Shown here one piece after another: positions 22,852 through 24,036 of a stretch of DNA of 24,036 nucleotides. Each line of letters starts with the position of its first letter. Position 1 is the first letter of the stretch. The stretch lies in NCBI GenBank assembly GCA_045617125.1, contig JAZLIA010000081.1:1-24036 (forward strand), read 5' to 3'. The translations under genes were made by a program, and so were the position numbers. The notes under the pieces were generated by a model. It was given only the letters and a program-made list of their open reading frames with translations. It was not told the origin of the DNA and made no database searches. The stretch is from Clostridia bacterium. GTDB lineage: Bacteria; Bacillota; Clostridia; Christensenellales; Aristaeellaceae.

Positions 22852-24036
22852 TTACATTTCAAACAGGAACGGCATGAGCAGATCCCCATTATTCAGGAAG
22901 ATCCCTTTCCTTGCGTGTTTTTCATCAAATTTTGTTGGTTTCCCTGGATGACGGCTGTCATACACGGCAAAGGGCACCGCGTGTCCGTCATGCGTACGGG
23001 TCGTCATCAAAGTGGGGTGATCGCTGAGCAGAAGGATGCGAAAATCATTATCGATCAAAGGAAGACGTTCAAGCAAAGGACATATCACCTTACGATCAAT
23101 GCAGGTGATCGCCTCCAGCTTCCGATCCAATTTGCCTGCATGGCTCATTTCGTCCGGCGCTTCGATATGGATCGCCGCAAAATCATCCCCCCGGTCCAAA
23201 GCTTCGAGGGCTGCATTCACCTTGCCCTCATAGTTCGTGTCAACATCCCCGTTCGCACCCTCCACTTTGGGAGTGTTGAGTCCCGCAAGAGCAGCAATAC
23301 CCCACACAAGCGGCACAGCTGAGATCACATCCCCCTTGTGACTGTATTTTTTCAGGAAGCTGTCAAGCCTTGCGGCTCTTCCCGGCCCCCAGGGCCAGAT
23401 CATATTGGCAGCAAGCTCTCCCCGTTCGCAGCGCGCCTGGTTGACCGGATGCCGGGAAAGCACCTTATGACTGATCAGCATGATCTCGGTAAGCTCATCT
23501 GAAAAGGTTCCCTTGGGCATATACGGGGAGATTTCTTTTTCCAGTATGTTATGCGGCTCCGTCAGGGTAAAGGCGCTGTCGGCATCGGCATTGATCACTC
23601 CGATATGCCGAAACGTACGGCTGATATGAATTTTCAGACCGATCTTCTCAGTTGCTGCGGAAAATTCAGGGTCATTCACCAATGCTTCCATCAGTTTCTC
23701 AGCATCGTCCCCTTCGACATTTCCACCGTTATGAGAATGGATGATCCCGTTTTCCACATTGCATAGGTTCACGCGGAAGGATACCTGCCCTTCCTCCAGC
23801 ATGACTCCAACACCGGCTGCTTCCAGAACACTGCGCCCTGTATAATACTGCCTGGGATCGTAACCGAAAATATTCAATATCGCGGTATCACTGCCCGGCG
23901 CAACTCCGGCAGGCACGGTTTGAACAGTGCCGAAATAACTGCCCGCAAGCGTATCGAAGTAAGGCAGCTCCAGGCTCTCAAGAGGGGTTTTCCCATTCAG
24001 CTCTTCAAGCGCTGTATCAGCCATCCCAAGTCGGAG
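22852..24036 (-). CDS. ApgM-type cofactor-independent phosphoglycerate mutase / alkaline-phosphatase-superfamily metalloenzyme (this family is also annotated as an alternative homoserine kinase); 5' end probably beyond the window
   Basis: Contains PGSDTAILNIFGYDP, HIEAPDEMSHAG and LLSDHPT...THDGHAVPF, which are ApgM-family metal and active-site motifs. The frame stays open upstream of the ATG at 24024 to the window edge (LRLG-MAD), and that ATG has no SD, so the true start is likely outside the window. Confidence 0.8.
   Translation of the reverse strand, partial: LRLGMADTALEELNGKTPLESLELPYFDTLAGSYFGTVQTVPAGVAPGSDTAILNIFGYDPRQYYTGRSVLEAAGVGVMLEEGQVSFRVNLCNVENGIIHSHNGGNVEGDDAEKLMEALVNDPEFSAATEKIGLKIHISRTFRHIGVINADADSAFTLTEPHNILEKEISPYMPKGTFSDELTEIMLISHKVLSRHPVNQARCERGELAANMIWPWGPGRAARLDSFLKKYSHKGDVISAVPLVWGIAALAGLNTPKVEGANGDVDTNYEGKVNAALEALDRGDDFAAIHIEAPDEMSHAGKLDRKLEAITCIDRKVICPLLERLPLIDNDFRILLLSDHPTLMTTRTHDGHAVPFAVYDSRHPGKPTKFDEKHARKGIFLNNGDLLMPFLFEM

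Noticed and set aside
1-24036. A scan for mobile elements, CRISPR arrays, tRNA/rRNA genes, toxin-antitoxin pairs and defence-system hallmarks.
   Set aside because: None was found. The only repeat array is the in-frame 33-bp coding repeat. No transposase-, integrase- or nuclease-like ORFs are present, and I noticed no inverted terminal repeats or abrupt compositional shift. The gene content is housekeeping plus energy and sugar metabolism.

Overview
This 24 kb window looks like a core chromosomal region of a Firmicutes/Clostridia-type genome with roughly 50% GC. All calls rest on motif recognition and gene order by eye; no homology search was possible. Every credible gene is on the minus strand. 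Reading along the minus strand from high to low coordinates, the content is: (a) a sugar-phosphate group: ApgM-type metalloenzyme (5' end beyond the window), a small HPr-like protein, a terminator, and a phosphoglucomutase-family mutase; (b) an FMN adenylyltransferase-only RibF-like gene followed by rnfC-rnfD-rnfE-rnfA-rnfB and a terminator; (c) a cation diffusion facilitator (CDF) transporter; (d) the conserved Firmicutes cluster frr-(75-aa ORF)-uppS-cdsA-dxr-rseP-ispG-polC, a CopZ-like metal-binding protein, then rimP-nusA-ylxR-ylxQ and the 5' part of an infB-like ORF that runs off the window start. I see no transposases, integrases, CRISPR arrays, tRNA/rRNA genes or recognisable defence genes, so this is mostly an ordinary housekeeping region. 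Observations worth a second look: (1) the rnf operon has no rnfG, because rnfD and rnfE overlap by 8 nt; (2) a RibF-like gene with only the FAD-synthetase domain sits directly upstream of rnfC; (3) a 75-aa PASTA-like ORF with a good Shine-Dalgarno (SD) sequence is wedged between frr and uppS with stop/start overlaps; (4) at least 7 near-identical in-frame 33-bp tandem repeats lie in the infB-like ORF and differ mostly at synonymous positions; (5) an HPr-like protein lacks the His-15 motif; (6) a perfect 14-bp inverted repeat overlaps a predicted promoter; (7) GATC is about 4-fold over-represented. The long plus-strand ORFs in the track are antisense artefacts.
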